Positions 28,260 to 38,685 of a stretch of 64,000 bases of DNA are shown in pieces (the stretch's first letter is position 1; every line of letters starts with the position of its first letter). The stretch spans positions 248,001-312,000 of the IMG/VR virus record IMGVR_UViG_3300031576_000001, one strand, 5' to 3'. The translations under genes and the position numbers were made by a program. Under the pieces are notes generated by a model. The model was not told the origin of the DNA. It saw only the letters and a program-made list of their open reading frames with translations, and did not search any database.

Positions 28260-29120
28260 TAAGAGGTCGTGCTTTAGCCACGCCTGGGGGTTGTCATCGC
28301 GTCTACGCCAGAGGCAGCTAGCCCGCTGGGTGGGGTTGACTGCACCCAAAGCCCCCTCTGCGCAACTCCACCAAGAGGTAAGGCTGACGCCCTCCTCGGC
28401 GTGAAGGAGATACCCCGTGATGCGCCACCCCGAGGCGGTACGGTAGCTGTAGGTCTCGGGGTACTTCCCACGCAGGACCATGGGTAGCCCGTCCAGGTTC
28501 TTGCCCCTGTCCAAGAGCCATTCTCCCTTGCCGGCGATGTTGACCCTGCTGCCCAAGAAGTGCCTGGACTTCTCCTGACCTCGGGGACCGTCAAAGAACA
28601 TCCCGTCCAGCGCTACGAGGTACGTACCCATAGGCACCCCGTAGCGCTGGCTCTGCCCGTCGTAGACGTGAACCACCGGACAGGGTACCGGCCAGGGTGC
28701 CCGTGGACTCGTTTCCAGCTTGCCCCCCAAGTAGTCCCCCAGGTAGTCCTCCAAGAGGCTGTGCTTGTCGAAGAACCCCTCTTCTTCGAGCTTGTCCAGC
28801 TTGTGCAACACTTCCTCTTGCTCGGGGCTAAGCAAGCTGTCGCTGGTGTGCGCCAGAGCTTCTGAGATGGGCACGGGCACCTTGACAGGGGAGGGCTCCG
28901 AAGGCTTGGGTTTGCGAGGCGCTGGGTCGAGAAGAGGTGCCGCGCCGCACAGAACCTCCATGACCAGGGCACGGGTCATCTTCCCACGGATCACGCGCCC
29001 AGCTTTGATGTCATCCTCCACCCGGGCGATAAGCGCCAGCTTCGTCTCGGGCGTCGTGAGGTCGCGAACGTGTTCAAGGAGCAGCCGGTAAGCCCCGCTG
29101 CGTGAGTCGAGCGTTGTCAT
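28260..29120 (-). CDS. Hypothetical protein; ends at TTA 28262-28260
   Basis: GGTGTA and GAGGGG upstream. Confidence 0.6.
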
Positions 29121-29160
29121 GTCCCCTCTAAGCTACACCCCAGAGAGGTTCCGGGTAGGC

Positions 29161-29454
29161 TCAGGGTATGTCCGCCCCGTGGCACCTACAGAAGCCTACA
29201 CGGCAGACTGAGGGCGCACGTTTGCACCGTGGGCAGAAATCGTCGCCCCAGAAGGACACGGTAACAAACCACCCCGCGTCCCGAGCCTCTTGGCACGCTA
29301 GTCGCCGGGCTTCTACCTCTGCCAGGCTTTCTGCACCTTGCTCCGTGGCAAATCCGGTGAGGGTCTCCTTGCACCCTCTACAGGTCAGGGTGGTTTTTGC
29401 GACCCAGTAACCGAGTCGCGTAGGGGAGCGCGTTGTCTGCGTGCAGCGTGCCAT
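29161..29454 (-). CDS. Small zinc-binding hypothetical protein
   Basis: CRGC ... GW ... D.CPRC. Confidence 0.45.
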   Translation of the reverse strand: MARCTQTTRSPTRLGYWVAKTTLTCRGCKETLTGFATEQGAESLAEVEARRLACQEARDAGWFVTVSFWGDDFCPRCKRAPSVCRVGFCRCHGADIP

Positions 29455-29526
29455 GTTAAAGGAGAGACTACCCCGGAGAGGCTAATTGAGGGGCTCAAAG
29501 TTGAGGCATGGTGTAAACTAGGGGTC

Positions 29527-30375
29527 ATGTGCATCACAGCCAACGCAGCCAACCTCTCTGAGACTCGGATTTACGCCGGGGAAGCACGCGACCCCGTAGG
29601 GGAGGTGGTTCACGTCCTGGGCTACCAGAACACAGCGGAGAACCTGGATACCAGCGGGGGCAACATGATGATCCTCCCCCTACCTGCGGCACGAGAGGTA
29701 CGCCCGGACGATGTGCGCGTAGCCACGGGTCTTGACGCAACGGTGCTCGAAGCCATGGCGCTGAGAGTCGAGCGCGTTACACGGAGCCTTGGGACGAAGG
29801 ACTATAACAGCCTCGACTACGTTTTCGACGTGGGCTCCTACACAGTGGTCCTCTCTCCTACCCCAGAGGGGGTCAAGGCTGCCATGACTAAGGTGCCCCT
29901 ACCGCGCCAGCCCAAGAGGCTGGGTTTCGACGTGGCGTCGTTTTACAGCAAGCACTACAGGGGGCACACCCTGGCACTGTGCTTTTGGGACAGGGCTATC
30001 GCAGCGGAGCCCATTTTCTTCACGTACCACCCCACTACGCCCACCCTCCTCTTCGCCCCGTGTCTCGACGCTCACGGGGAGGCGCCCCGTCCTGGCAAGG
30101 TCAAGACGGACCACACTTTGCTTTGGGGTACAACGCTGAGGAAGCTGCAACCTAAGAAGTGGGTACAGCCCGCGCCCATCGTGTTCGACCCCGTGCTCCG
30201 GGGACTCATCGGTCAGTACGTGGGGGCGCCGTTGCCCGCTGTCTTGCAGAACGGGGACTGCTTTTTTTCTGTGTCGGAGTTTGACGCGATGAGCCGGCCA
30301 AGCCGGTTCAACATACCGTGTCACCAGCGTAAAGCGCCGTGGGACCAAACGTACACGGAGATCGGGTTCTTTTAG
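29527..30375 (+). CDS. Hypothetical protein
   Basis: MCI..A.LS.T, YQNTA.N, M.LP.P and P.LDAH motifs; GGTGTA upstream. Confidence 0.7.
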   Translation: MCITANAANLSETRIYAGEARDPVGEVVHVLGYQNTAENLDTSGGNMMILPLPAAREVRPDDVRVATGLDATVLEAMALRVERVTRSLGTKDYNSLDYVFDVGSYTVVLSPTPEGVKAAMTKVPLPRQPKRLGFDVASFYSKHYRGHTLALCFWDRAIAAEPIFFTYHPTTPTLLFAPCLDAHGEAPRPGKVKTDHTLLWGTTLRKLQPKKWVQPAPIVFDPVLRGLIGQYVGAPLPAVLQNGDCFFSVSEFDAMSRPSRFNIPCHQRKAPWDQTYTEIGFF

Positions 30376-30377
30376 CC

Positions 30378-30596
30378 ATGCCACGCGAAGATCACATTGA
30401 GCTAGAGGGCGTAGTCACGGACGCTCTGGGGGGCGGGCAGTATTCTGTCAAAACCTCTTCAGGGCAAAGTGTAAGGGCTCAGTTGTCCGGCAGAATGAAG
30501 CGCAACAAGATCCGGGTTCTTCCTGGGGACGCGGTTCGCGTTGCCGTTTCACCCTACGACCCCACCCACGGACTCATCAATTACCGAGGAAAGTAG
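30378..30596 (+). CDS. infA: Translation initiation factor IF-1
   Basis: IELEGVV..AL...SGRMKRNKIRVLPGD.V.V..SPYD..G.I.YR, 72 aa. Confidence 0.93.
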   Translation: MPREDHIELEGVVTDALGGGQYSVKTSSGQSVRAQLSGRMKRNKIRVLPGDAVRVAVSPYDPTHGLINYRGK

Positions 30597-30601
30597 AGCA
30601 C

Positions 30602-30826
30602 ATGACCAAGCGCCGTAACCCAGTGGTCCGCAGCCCCGAAGCACAAGCCGAGATTACCGAGAGGAAGCTGGGCAGAAAGCACCGCTTTCGCTTGCTCAAA
30701 CGTGCCTCAGCCTCGCCACCCAACACCACACCGCCCGGAGGCGGGGGCAACGAGAGCCCAACCAGCGAGCCTAGCGAGCCTAGCGAGCACAGCGAGCACA
30801 GCGAGGCTTCCGTTGCAGCACCCTGA
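30602..30826 (+). CDS. Small basic/low-complexity protein
   Basis: ORF just after infA. Confidence 0.4.
   Translation: MTKRRNPVVRSPEAQAEITERKLGRKHRFRLLKRASASPPNTTPPGGGGNESPTSEPSEPSEHSEHSEASVAAP
30764..30805 (+). repeat. 9-bp tandem repeat AGCGAGC(CT/AC) x4.7
   Basis: Seen directly; encodes SEP/SEH repeats. Confidence 0.85.
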
Positions 30827-31054
30827 CACTCCGGGGCGCACCCTCATTCTCTACGCTTACACGGGCGGCGAGCAGTTCATTTACGAGGTGGACAGCCTGA
30901 CCCGAAGGACGCGGCGTGTCCTAGAGGGCAGGTACCAAGAGGGAGCGCACTACCTTGCCTGCGTAGAGGTTACCTTGTGGGCAGAGACCCCCGAGGTACG
31001 GGAAGATGCGCTACGGGCGCTCAAGGATGCCGCGGGGTGGGTCGAAAAAAAGAC

Positions 31055-31080
31055 GTGAATCCTGAGTCGAGTTGAGCGTA
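31055..31080 (+). promoter_or_regulatory. ECF-sigma-like promoter
   Basis: GTGAAT-N16-CGTA-AGAGGGGTT-ATG. Confidence 0.7.
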
Positions 31081-31089
31081 AGAGGGGTT

Positions 31090-31734
31090 ATGCAAACCCC
31101 CGATTCCGTCCTCTCCAAGATCGCCGCGTACATCCTCGCCAACCCCTTGCGCCCGCTGGTAGAGCACCAGACCTCCTACCTGGAGAGCAAGACCCGCGCC
31201 GAAGGTGCCAAGGACTACCTCAACGTGGACTTCGGCTCGTGCGGTACGGAGGCGCACCTTTCGGTCCACACCGAGCCGTTGGGTTCCCCGGAGGACAGCG
31301 ATGGGAACACCGTGCTCCGCACCAAGCTGTTCTTCAGCTTCAACCACCCCACCCACGGCAGCACGGACCTGAGCACCACCATCCAGCGCCTCACCTTCCT
31401 CCGCGAGGCTGCCTCGTACTTCGCGGAAATTGAGAACCGCTTTGGGTACGACTTCTCCGGGGGCGCGGCTAACGGTACGCCCATCGTCTTCACCAAGGTG
31501 GTCCAGACCAAGGCTGAACGCGAGGCGCGGGAGGTAGCTAACCAGATCCAGTACAGGCTTTTTAGCCTGTACGCTGCCACCACCAACGTGCGCAAGGGAA
31601 TGCGCGTGGGTAACACGCGCCCCTACGACGGCGCCAGCGCTTGCGCAATCCTCGGCTCCGACACGGTGGGGCTCACTGCGGCTGACGGCAAGGTCTTCAA
31701 CGTGAGCCCTACCCACATCACCCGCATCGCCTTA
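31090..31734 (+). CDS. Hypothetical protein; ends at TTA 31732-31734
   Basis: Follows the promoter motif. Confidence 0.65.
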
Positions 31735-31777
31735 GCTCTCAGGCGGTGACAAGCAAGGGAACCACACCCTAACCCTC

Positions 31778-34700
31778 TCAGGAGTCGATAAACATAGAGA
31801 CCAACCCGGCGCCAGGGTCTCTAACTACCCTGTACGTGTGGAAGGCGCCGCCCAGGTAGTCAAACGGGACCGAGGAGAGCAGGTTCCCGTTGTTGACGTC
31901 CTTGAGCAAAACCAGCCGCTCCCCGAGAGGCGTGGTAACCAAGGCGAACGCCACGGTAAAGCCGGGAGCTGAGAGACCAAACCGGATCTGAGTATCCCCC
32001 GTGCCAGCCGTGCTGTCGTTGAGCACCTTGAGCTTGAAGTTAATCTCGGTTCGCAAAGAGGGGGCGTCAGGGAAGGGGGTATCGTTCTTGTAAATTGTCT
32101 TGGTACCCACGCCCCCCGTGCTGTACGTCAGAACCCCAGAGAACGCTGACGTGCTTACCTGAGCCGGCACGTCGGACGCCAGAACCCACGGAGTCTGAGC
32201 GCTGGTATCATTCTCCGGTAGGACCGAGCCATCATAAACAAGGCATACCTCTTTGGTATAGTTTATGCCAGAGATTGCAGAGAAGGTGTCACAAGCTGGG
32301 GAGAGCAAGTCTAGCTCGCCAGACGTTTTCTCGACCACTTTGAGGCAGTTATATAGCACGTCCTCAGCCACCTTGACGATGACCTTCTTGGTGGCGTCAT
32401 TGAGCGTGAAATCAGGGTCGCTATTGAGAACGTCTTCCGGGCTATTCAGCACAGAGACAAACTGAGTGATAACCTGAGAGCCGCGGACGTTCTTGCTCTG
32501 CGTAGAGGGTACAAGGGGGGTGCCCTCAAACAAGACCGTGTAGGCTTGCAGCGTGGGGCTCGCCAGAAAATCAGGGGTCGTGGTGGGCACAATGCCCGTG
32601 GACGACGACGAAAACTGGGTGTGCGTGTGAGGCAGGCTGGTAAAAAGGTGCTCCGGTGACTGCATCACGTTGCGCTGATTGAGAACCATGTGGTGAGGCA
32701 CAATCCGTGTCTCCGACAAGGCCCTGGTAACCCCATAGCGTACATAGTCCCACGCTGATTGTGACAGGTTAACGGGGCTCATTGCGCCCCATACAAAGCC
32801 TGGCAGACCGCCTAGAATGAGGTCAACGGGGGAGCCCAGTACAGGGGGCAACTCCTCTGGGTATCTCGCTTGCAGTAGAGGTACGGGTTGCGAGTCGAGA
32901 AACAAGCTAACGTGGTCAGCGCTACGAAAGAGCCTGTACTTGTGCTGAATCGTCCAATCTTGCTCAGAGGGTACCCTGTACTGGATGTCTTCCAAAAGGA
33001 CCGCCAGTGACAAGGTAAGCGTGGTGGGCGTAGGTACGGCGGTAATCTCGTACACACCACGCAAACCCTCGGGGGCGTCAAGAACAAAGGCGTCCCCCGC
33101 AATGACACCCGCCCCGAAGAAGTTAGCCCCTGGGTCGGTTAGCGTGTTTCCGCTCAGGGTGGCTTTCCCGCTAGCCTTCAACGGTAGGTGATACCCAGTC
33201 AAGTCCTCTGCGTGGCCCCTGTCTTTCCAGACGCCCACGTACTTCTTGGCTAGCGAGGAGGGAGCCCGCCACGCATTGACGTAAGCCCATTCCACGGTGG
33301 ACAGCGCTGCTACGCTCACAGCCGTAGACGAGCCAAAGCTCAAAGCGCCGTTACCCAGCGAGGCAGAGAAGAGGGAGTACGCCGCGCTACCCAGGAAAAC
33401 ACCGTCAACGAAGAGGCTAATCAGGTCGCCCGCGGTGCTCTTTGCCAGCCTGTACGTGTGAAAGGCGCCGTCAAACCAATCGAAGGCAAAAGTAGCCACG
33501 ACAGGGAAGACCCCTTGGGAGTGCAACGCGACATAACGCATTGCGCCAACCTCCACGAGAAGGAGCCCGTAGCTTCTCCCCGGGGTGAGGGGCTCACCGT
33601 CGAAGGCATCCACGGTCACACCTGCAAAGCCGTCACTATCCACCGTGTATGCCTCGACCCGTAGCCTGGCCTCTACGTAAGCGTCTACGGCAGGGGAGAA
33701 GACCCTGGCACTCGTGGTGGGGGCTCCTGGGTCGTCGAGCACAAAGACTACCCCGTCATTGATCGTGGTGTCCGTGACAAGGAGGGTTCTGCCCCGTAGC
33801 TCGACCTTGAGCTGAGAGGGGTCTATTGTGCCCCCCAGCCTGACCCAGGGGGAAGGCTGAGCCTCCTCTGGCAAACTTCGCCCAGGGTAGCTCATCGTCG
33901 GGTAGGCTTCCGAGGAGAGCATGGTTAGCTGAATGAGCCGTGAGCCATCACTGTACGCCGCAAAGACCCCATGAGGGGTGACCCCGTGGGTCCAGGTACG
34001 AAGAGACACGCCCACGTCGAAAACGAGGTCCGTTGAGGCTGACGCCAGGGGCTCTATTCTAGCGTAGGCTCGGAAGTCACCCCCGACGAGACCCACGCCC
34101 GAGGCGGTACTGGCGCTGGTGCTGTCGAGTAGAAGCAAGTTGTTACCCAGCACGGTCCCTGTACCGTGATAGCCCACGGGGGTCCAGGGCAGGGGGGCAT
34201 CCTCGGGGAGGGTGTTGCCCTCGTAGCTCACAAAAGCTGAGGGTGCCGTCTGGTAGGGGTTCGTGGGCAGAACAAGGTGTTTTACGAAGTCCCACGACGA
34301 CGTAGACTGAGCCGGGCGAGACAACGAGCCAAAGACAACGCCTTGCAAGGTGTTGAGGGGGTCGTTTAGCTCATAGAGGTAGGGTCTCTCTGAGGCAAGG
34401 AGTGTCAACGTGGGTAGAACGTCCCCGTCGAGGTAGAAGCTAACGGAGCCATCCTTGGCTTGAAAGAGCCGGTAAGACCGAAGGGTGGTCCAATCGAGGT
34501 CCGCGGTACGCCAAGAGGCTATGCCCCCCTGACCCTCGGTGGCAGAGCCCCCGAGCAAAAAGCCCATCTTTTTGACCCCGCCGTCATCAAGGAAGCCAAT
34601 CAGAGTAAGGCGGGAGCCGTCACTCCAACCCGCGGATACGCCGGTCCACACCCCCTCTAGGCTGGGCGCATCAGCCACATAACCCCGCCATGAGAGCGCC

Positions 34701-35668
34701 ATGACGTGAGGGAAGGAGAGGTCTAGCTGCCGGCGCCAAAAGAGGGGCTGTCCTACGGGGAAGTCCCCCGTGGTAGTATCCATCACCAAGAGGGAGCCAA
34801 AGGCAATGGACGTGACCCCCGTACCAATGCGTTCCCAGGGGTTGTCCGGGTCGTTCTCGGGGAGGGTCAGCGCCTCGTACCGTATGAAGGACTCGGACAG
34901 GGTACGCTGTAGGGGAGGGTAAGCGATCCGGTTCCTGGGTGTGTTGAGCACCAAGAGGTTGGGGTCGTTTAGTGCCACGCTGTAGGCACGCTCGTAAGCC
35001 CGGTAGCCTAGCTGGCGCTGTCTCGGTTGAGCTTGCTTGGCGAGTAGCGAGCTTGCCTGGTAGTTCTTGGGGTTGGTGAGGACCGCCTTGTAGTTGTAGG
35101 TGCGATATGACCCCAGAGACCTCCGGGGAGGGCGCCCTCTGTTAAGAGTGAAGGCGCGGCGGTTCAGACCCCGTAGCTCGACGTGGGGGTGAGCGAGCCA
35201 CCGGTAGGACACCCTTACCGTGTCGGCTGGCAGCGGGGCTGAGAGGAGGACAACTTGACCGAGAAGCCCGGAGACCTCTTCCACCCCCACTGGAATCCCG
35301 TTGACCTTGACGGTCACGTCGGAGGGGGTGTCAGCTATCTCGCCTCTACGTAGGTTGACCAGCGACCAAGAGAGGGGGTTAGGTTCTGGGGTGTGGAAGT
35401 TAGCCCGTAGCTTGGCTTTGGTAGGGGAGAGCACGGTCTCGATGAGAAACTCCCCGTCATTGTTGTTGCCGCTCCCCGTGAGGCGGATAACCAAGCCAAC
35501 GTGAGCCTGGGTGAGCAACGCCCCGGTGAGGGTGGCTTGACTGGGGGTGAGCGCAACGCCTACCCCCGATTGGAGGGTGAGGGGGGGCTTGACGATGGGG
35601 CCACGGTTGGTAAAAACCGAGCGCTGTACCACGGAGGGGCTTTGGAAGTACGCGAGCGAGGGGGGCAT
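31778..35668 (-). CDS. Large virion/baseplate-associated protein with repeated beta-sandwich modules
   Basis: 1296 aa; repeated Y.G..LPE...PW and DW...H.YRL modules. Confidence 0.7.
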   Translation of the reverse strand: MPPSLAYFQSPSVVQRSVFTNRGPIVKPPLTLQSGVGVALTPSQATLTGALLTQAHVGLVIRLTGSGNNNDGEFLIETVLSPTKAKLRANFHTPEPNPLSWSLVNLRRGEIADTPSDVTVKVNGIPVGVEEVSGLLGQVVLLSAPLPADTVRVSYRWLAHPHVELRGLNRRAFTLNRGRPPRRSLGSYRTYNYKAVLTNPKNYQASSLLAKQAQPRQRQLGYRAYERAYSVALNDPNLLVLNTPRNRIAYPPLQRTLSESFIRYEALTLPENDPDNPWERIGTGVTSIAFGSLLVMDTTTGDFPVGQPLFWRRQLDLSFPHVMALSWRGYVADAPSLEGVWTGVSAGWSDGSRLTLIGFLDDGGVKKMGFLLGGSATEGQGGIASWRTADLDWTTLRSYRLFQAKDGSVSFYLDGDVLPTLTLLASERPYLYELNDPLNTLQGVVFGSLSRPAQSTSSWDFVKHLVLPTNPYQTAPSAFVSYEGNTLPEDAPLPWTPVGYHGTGTVLGNNLLLLDSTSASTASGVGLVGGDFRAYARIEPLASASTDLVFDVGVSLRTWTHGVTPHGVFAAYSDGSRLIQLTMLSSEAYPTMSYPGRSLPEEAQPSPWVRLGGTIDPSQLKVELRGRTLLVTDTTINDGVVFVLDDPGAPTTSARVFSPAVDAYVEARLRVEAYTVDSDGFAGVTVDAFDGEPLTPGRSYGLLLVEVGAMRYVALHSQGVFPVVATFAFDWFDGAFHTYRLAKSTAGDLISLFVDGVFLGSAAYSLFSASLGNGALSFGSSTAVSVAALSTVEWAYVNAWRAPSSLAKKYVGVWKDRGHAEDLTGYHLPLKASGKATLSGNTLTDPGANFFGAGVIAGDAFVLDAPEGLRGVYEITAVPTPTTLTLSLAVLLEDIQYRVPSEQDWTIQHKYRLFRSADHVSLFLDSQPVPLLQARYPEELPPVLGSPVDLILGGLPGFVWGAMSPVNLSQSAWDYVRYGVTRALSETRIVPHHMVLNQRNVMQSPEHLFTSLPHTHTQFSSSSTGIVPTTTPDFLASPTLQAYTVLFEGTPLVPSTQSKNVRGSQVITQFVSVLNSPEDVLNSDPDFTLNDATKKVIVKVAEDVLYNCLKVVEKTSGELDLLSPACDTFSAISGINYTKEVCLVYDGSVLPENDTSAQTPWVLASDVPAQVSTSAFSGVLTYSTGGVGTKTIYKNDTPFPDAPSLRTEINFKLKVLNDSTAGTGDTQIRFGLSAPGFTVAFALVTTPLGERLVLLKDVNNGNLLSSVPFDYLGGAFHTYRVVRDPGAGLVSMFIDS

Positions 35669-35735
35669 TTCTTACCTAGAGGCTTGTGTAGCAAAGCGTA
35701 GCCCTCTTGGGTCGGTGAGGTGTACCGAGGGAAAC

Positions 35736-36251
35736 ATGACCGAGGATCAAACCAACCTGAAGCTGAAAGCCATCCAAGAGGCTCGTGCGCGTATCCTGAA
35801 CCAGAACATCCTACCCACCGTGGCGGTCTACCTCACAAACCAAGACGTTACGAAGTGTGAGGCTTGCGCCGTGGGTAGCCTCTTCGTGGGGCTGTCTCGC
35901 GTGAAGGGTTTGCAAGATTCGTGGTCGGAGAGTGTGAAACCTATGGTACCTGTGGCCGAGATCCACGAAGTCCTCGGGGAAGTGTTTGACCCCACCACCG
36001 TGATCCTCTTCGAGGTCGCCTACATGGGCTACCTTCCCCCGGTCAGCACAGGGACAGCGCTTTACAAGGACTTCCGTGCGGCGCACAGCCCGGAAGATCG
36101 ACACGATATGCTGCAAAAAGCACGCCAGTGGCGTGCTTTTTGTGGTTTGGACCACGAAGGGCGCTTGTTGCTCCTCCTTGACTACCTGGAGGCTGGCAAA
36201 GGGGTACTCACGGTGTTCCTGCCTGGTAAGACCCTCAGCGAAAACCCGTGA
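35736..36251 (+). CDS. Hypothetical protein (paralog of 36283)
   Basis: CEACAVGSLFVG ... EVA motif. Confidence 0.65.
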   Translation: MTEDQTNLKLKAIQEARARILNQNILPTVAVYLTNQDVTKCEACAVGSLFVGLSRVKGLQDSWSESVKPMVPVAEIHEVLGEVFDPTTVILFEVAYMGYLPPVSTGTALYKDFRAAHSPEDRHDMLQKARQWRAFCGLDHEGRLLLLLDYLEAGKGVLTVFLPGKTLSENP

Positions 36252-36273
36252 ATCCCGAAGCTAGGCGAGCGTA
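36248..36273 (+). promoter_or_regulatory. ECF-sigma-like promoter
   Basis: GTGAAT-N16-CGTA-N9-ATG. Confidence 0.65.
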
Positions 36274-36282
36274 GGAGACAGC

Positions 36283-36792
36283 ATGACAACGACAGACGAC
36301 AAAGACCGCGAGCAAAGGCTCGCCATCATCCGTGATGCGCGGGAGCTGGTCCTGGGGGGCACTGTTCTCCCCCACCCGGACTACTACGTCTACCCCTACG
36401 TGGACGAGAAAGGCACGCTCGTTAAAGGGATGTGCAAAGTTTGCGCGCTGGGGGCTCTCTTCGTGGGGTGGACACAGCAACGTGAACTTGACGGGGGTGC
36501 CCGGGAACAGTCCAACGCGCTGTACCGCAGGCTGAGCAAGGTCTTCTCCGTAGAGACCCTGATCTTGACCGAGGTGGCTTTTGAGGGCGTGGTGCCTGAC
36601 AGCACCCGGGCGCAGGCGTGGTACACCAACTGGTGCGACGCTGACCCGAAGGCGGCTGACGCTATGGTCCAGCACGCGAAGGACTGGCACGACGCGGCGT
36701 GGGGCAATCCCACCGAGAGGCTGCTCGTCATTCTGGCCCTCTTGGAGGAACACGGTGGAGCACTTGCTGTGTTCGCCGCAGAGGGGAAGTGA
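36283..36792 (+). CDS. Hypothetical protein (paralog of 35736)
   Basis: CKVCALGALFVG ... EVAFEG. Confidence 0.65.
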   Translation: MTTTDDKDREQRLAIIRDARELVLGGTVLPHPDYYVYPYVDEKGTLVKGMCKVCALGALFVGWTQQRELDGGAREQSNALYRRLSKVFSVETLILTEVAFEGVVPDSTRAQAWYTNWCDADPKAADAMVQHAKDWHDAAWGNPTERLLVILALLEEHGGALAVFAAEGK

Positions 36793-36794
36793 CC

Positions 36795-37061
36795 ATGCCT
36801 CTCCGGGGTGACCAGTGCTTTATCCTGGCCCTTCTCGGGCTCGCCATTCTCTGTAACTTGAAAGCTACACGGGATGGGGCGCTAGCTGAGGCTGTCCGGC
36901 TATGGTTGGTGCCACCAACCATAGCGGAAACGCGGGTGGTTACGCACCCACCGTGCCGCAACGCGGTGCTGTCCTACGTGGTGACCGATGGCAGACGAGC
37001 TATCACGGTGTGCTGTGAGTTGTCCTCTCTCTGTACATCGGTAACCCTCGGTAACCCTTGA
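36795..37061 (+). CDS. Small membrane-anchored protein
   Basis: N-terminal hydrophobic stretch, Cys-rich end. Confidence 0.45.
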   Translation: MPLRGDQCFILALLGLAILCNLKATRDGALAEAVRLWLVPPTIAETRVVTHPPCRNAVLSYVVTDGRRAITVCCELSSLCTSVTLGNP

Positions 37062-37290
37062 TAGCTTGCCCGACGTGGGGTAGTCTTTACCCTCACGATG
37101 ACCGACAAGCAAAAGGGTATCCTGAGAGGCGTAGCGTGGGGCGTGCTGTGCTGGGGGGTTGTCTTCCTGGCAATGTACCTAGCCAGGCAACACGGACCTG
37201 TTCGCGAACACATTCAACCGTTGCCTCCCGTGGAGTACCAGCCCTCACCTTAGCCTTGACTTGTCCCTGAGCTGAGGTGAGGTACCTGTG

Positions 37291-37725
37291 ATGGACGACC
37301 TGACGCTGCCCGACTGGATTCAGAGGCGTATCAACGAGATTCTCAGCGTTGGAGGTGTGCTCCCGCTCATGCCTTTTCAGCCCGAAGTCACGGTGGGCGT
37401 AGGGAAGAAGATGGGTCATGTGTGTCTGACCGCCAAGGTCACCATTGACGGCAAGCCAGGAGAGGGTGCGTGGGAGGGTCCAGCTAGCAAGCTGGCAGGT
37501 AGTGAGATCGCTGAGGTTGTGCGTGGCATCCTTGAAACCTCAATCCGCCAGAGCTTTGCACCACCCAAGAAGCTCATCTTGACCAATCTGTTCACTGTAC
37601 CGCCCCAGGTAGATGACGAGGTTTCCGACTGGCGTAGTTACGTCACGGACGCCTGGAAAGTCACACTGGGCGACGTGATCGACCTGACGCGCCCCATCAA
37701 CCTGTCTGACCTTCAACTGATGTTA
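37291..37725 (+). CDS. Hypothetical protein; ends at TTA 37723-37725
   Basis: GAGGT RBS. Confidence 0.55.
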
Positions 37726-37804
37726 GAACGGCAAACCTCGCCCTTCAGGGCGGGGATGGTTTATGTTAGCGCGTGGAGCCTCGTCGGGGTACACTGACGA
37801 GGCG

Positions 37805-38425
37805 ATGGCGTTCAGAAAAACACCGTGCAAGGGGGAGCACACACCAAGGGTCGTCACCTACTCCCTATGTGGGGGTAGGGCGACGGTGCGCCTGGGGTGC
37901 CGTCATTGCCCTGTGACGTGGGATGACGATGAGCTACCCGAAGAGGTCAACGCCTTGCTAAGGGCGAGCTTTGACGCTCCGCGCGAACCTACGGTGGACC
38001 AGGAGTTTTTCGAGGAGTTCTGCCCCGAGTTCAACCGGGTAGGCTCGCCTGCGTGGAAGTTTGAGGGGTACAACCTCATGCAAAATGCGCGCAAGTGGGC
38101 TGAGGGCAAAGAGGGTGTCACGGTGGTCAAGATTGACGACGACCGTTTCATGTCGGGCGACCTCCTTCTCTTGGAGAGCTACGACGGGGAGGCAGAATGG
38201 TTTGGGGTATGCGTGGTGGTACTCACCCAGTACAGCACGGAGCCCACGGTGTTTTGGCTACGTACCCCGCAGGCTGATCTGATAGATACCCTGCGAGGCT
38301 ACCAGAAGCACTCCATGCTGGCTCAGAAGGCGTCTGACCTGAAAGACCTGTCGGCCAAAGTTAGGCTCATGGACATTTACAAACCACCCCAACCCAAGGG
38401 GAGCATAACGTGCCCCTATCGCTAA
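37805..38425 (+). CDS. Hypothetical protein
   Basis: ORF with CRHC. Confidence 0.55.
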   Translation: MAFRKTPCKGEHTPRVVTYSLCGGRATVRLGCRHCPVTWDDDELPEEVNALLRASFDAPREPTVDQEFFEEFCPEFNRVGSPAWKFEGYNLMQNARKWAEGKEGVTVVKIDDDRFMSGDLLLLESYDGEAEWFGVCVVVLTQYSTEPTVFWLRTPQADLIDTLRGYQKHSMLAQKASDLKDLSAKVRLMDIYKPPQPKGSITCPYR

Positions 38426-38685
38426 AAGACGCTGCGCTAGCTTTTCGTGAGGCTGCGCTAGCCTCCCTCCCACCGTGCCCCCTCTCAGCCAAGGACTCCT
38501 GTGGTCCTGTCACGCACTCCGTAGCGGAGGGCTACGGGGTTACCCTTTACTGTAGAGCGTGCGTTGCAACGCACGAGATAAAGGGCGCTGTAGAGCTACC
38601 GTGGGTTCAAGCTGAGTGCGACTTGCAGAGGGCGCTAACGAAGCAGACCGGTCTCGCCTCTTGGTTGAGGGACGCAGACGAATAA
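38410..38685 (+). CDS. Small Cys-containing hypothetical protein
   Basis: AAGGGGAG RBS. Confidence 0.5.
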   Translation: MPLSLKDAALAFREAALASLPPCPLSAKDSCGPVTHSVAEGYGVTLYCRACVATHEIKGAVELPWVQAECDLQRALTKQTGLASWLRDADE

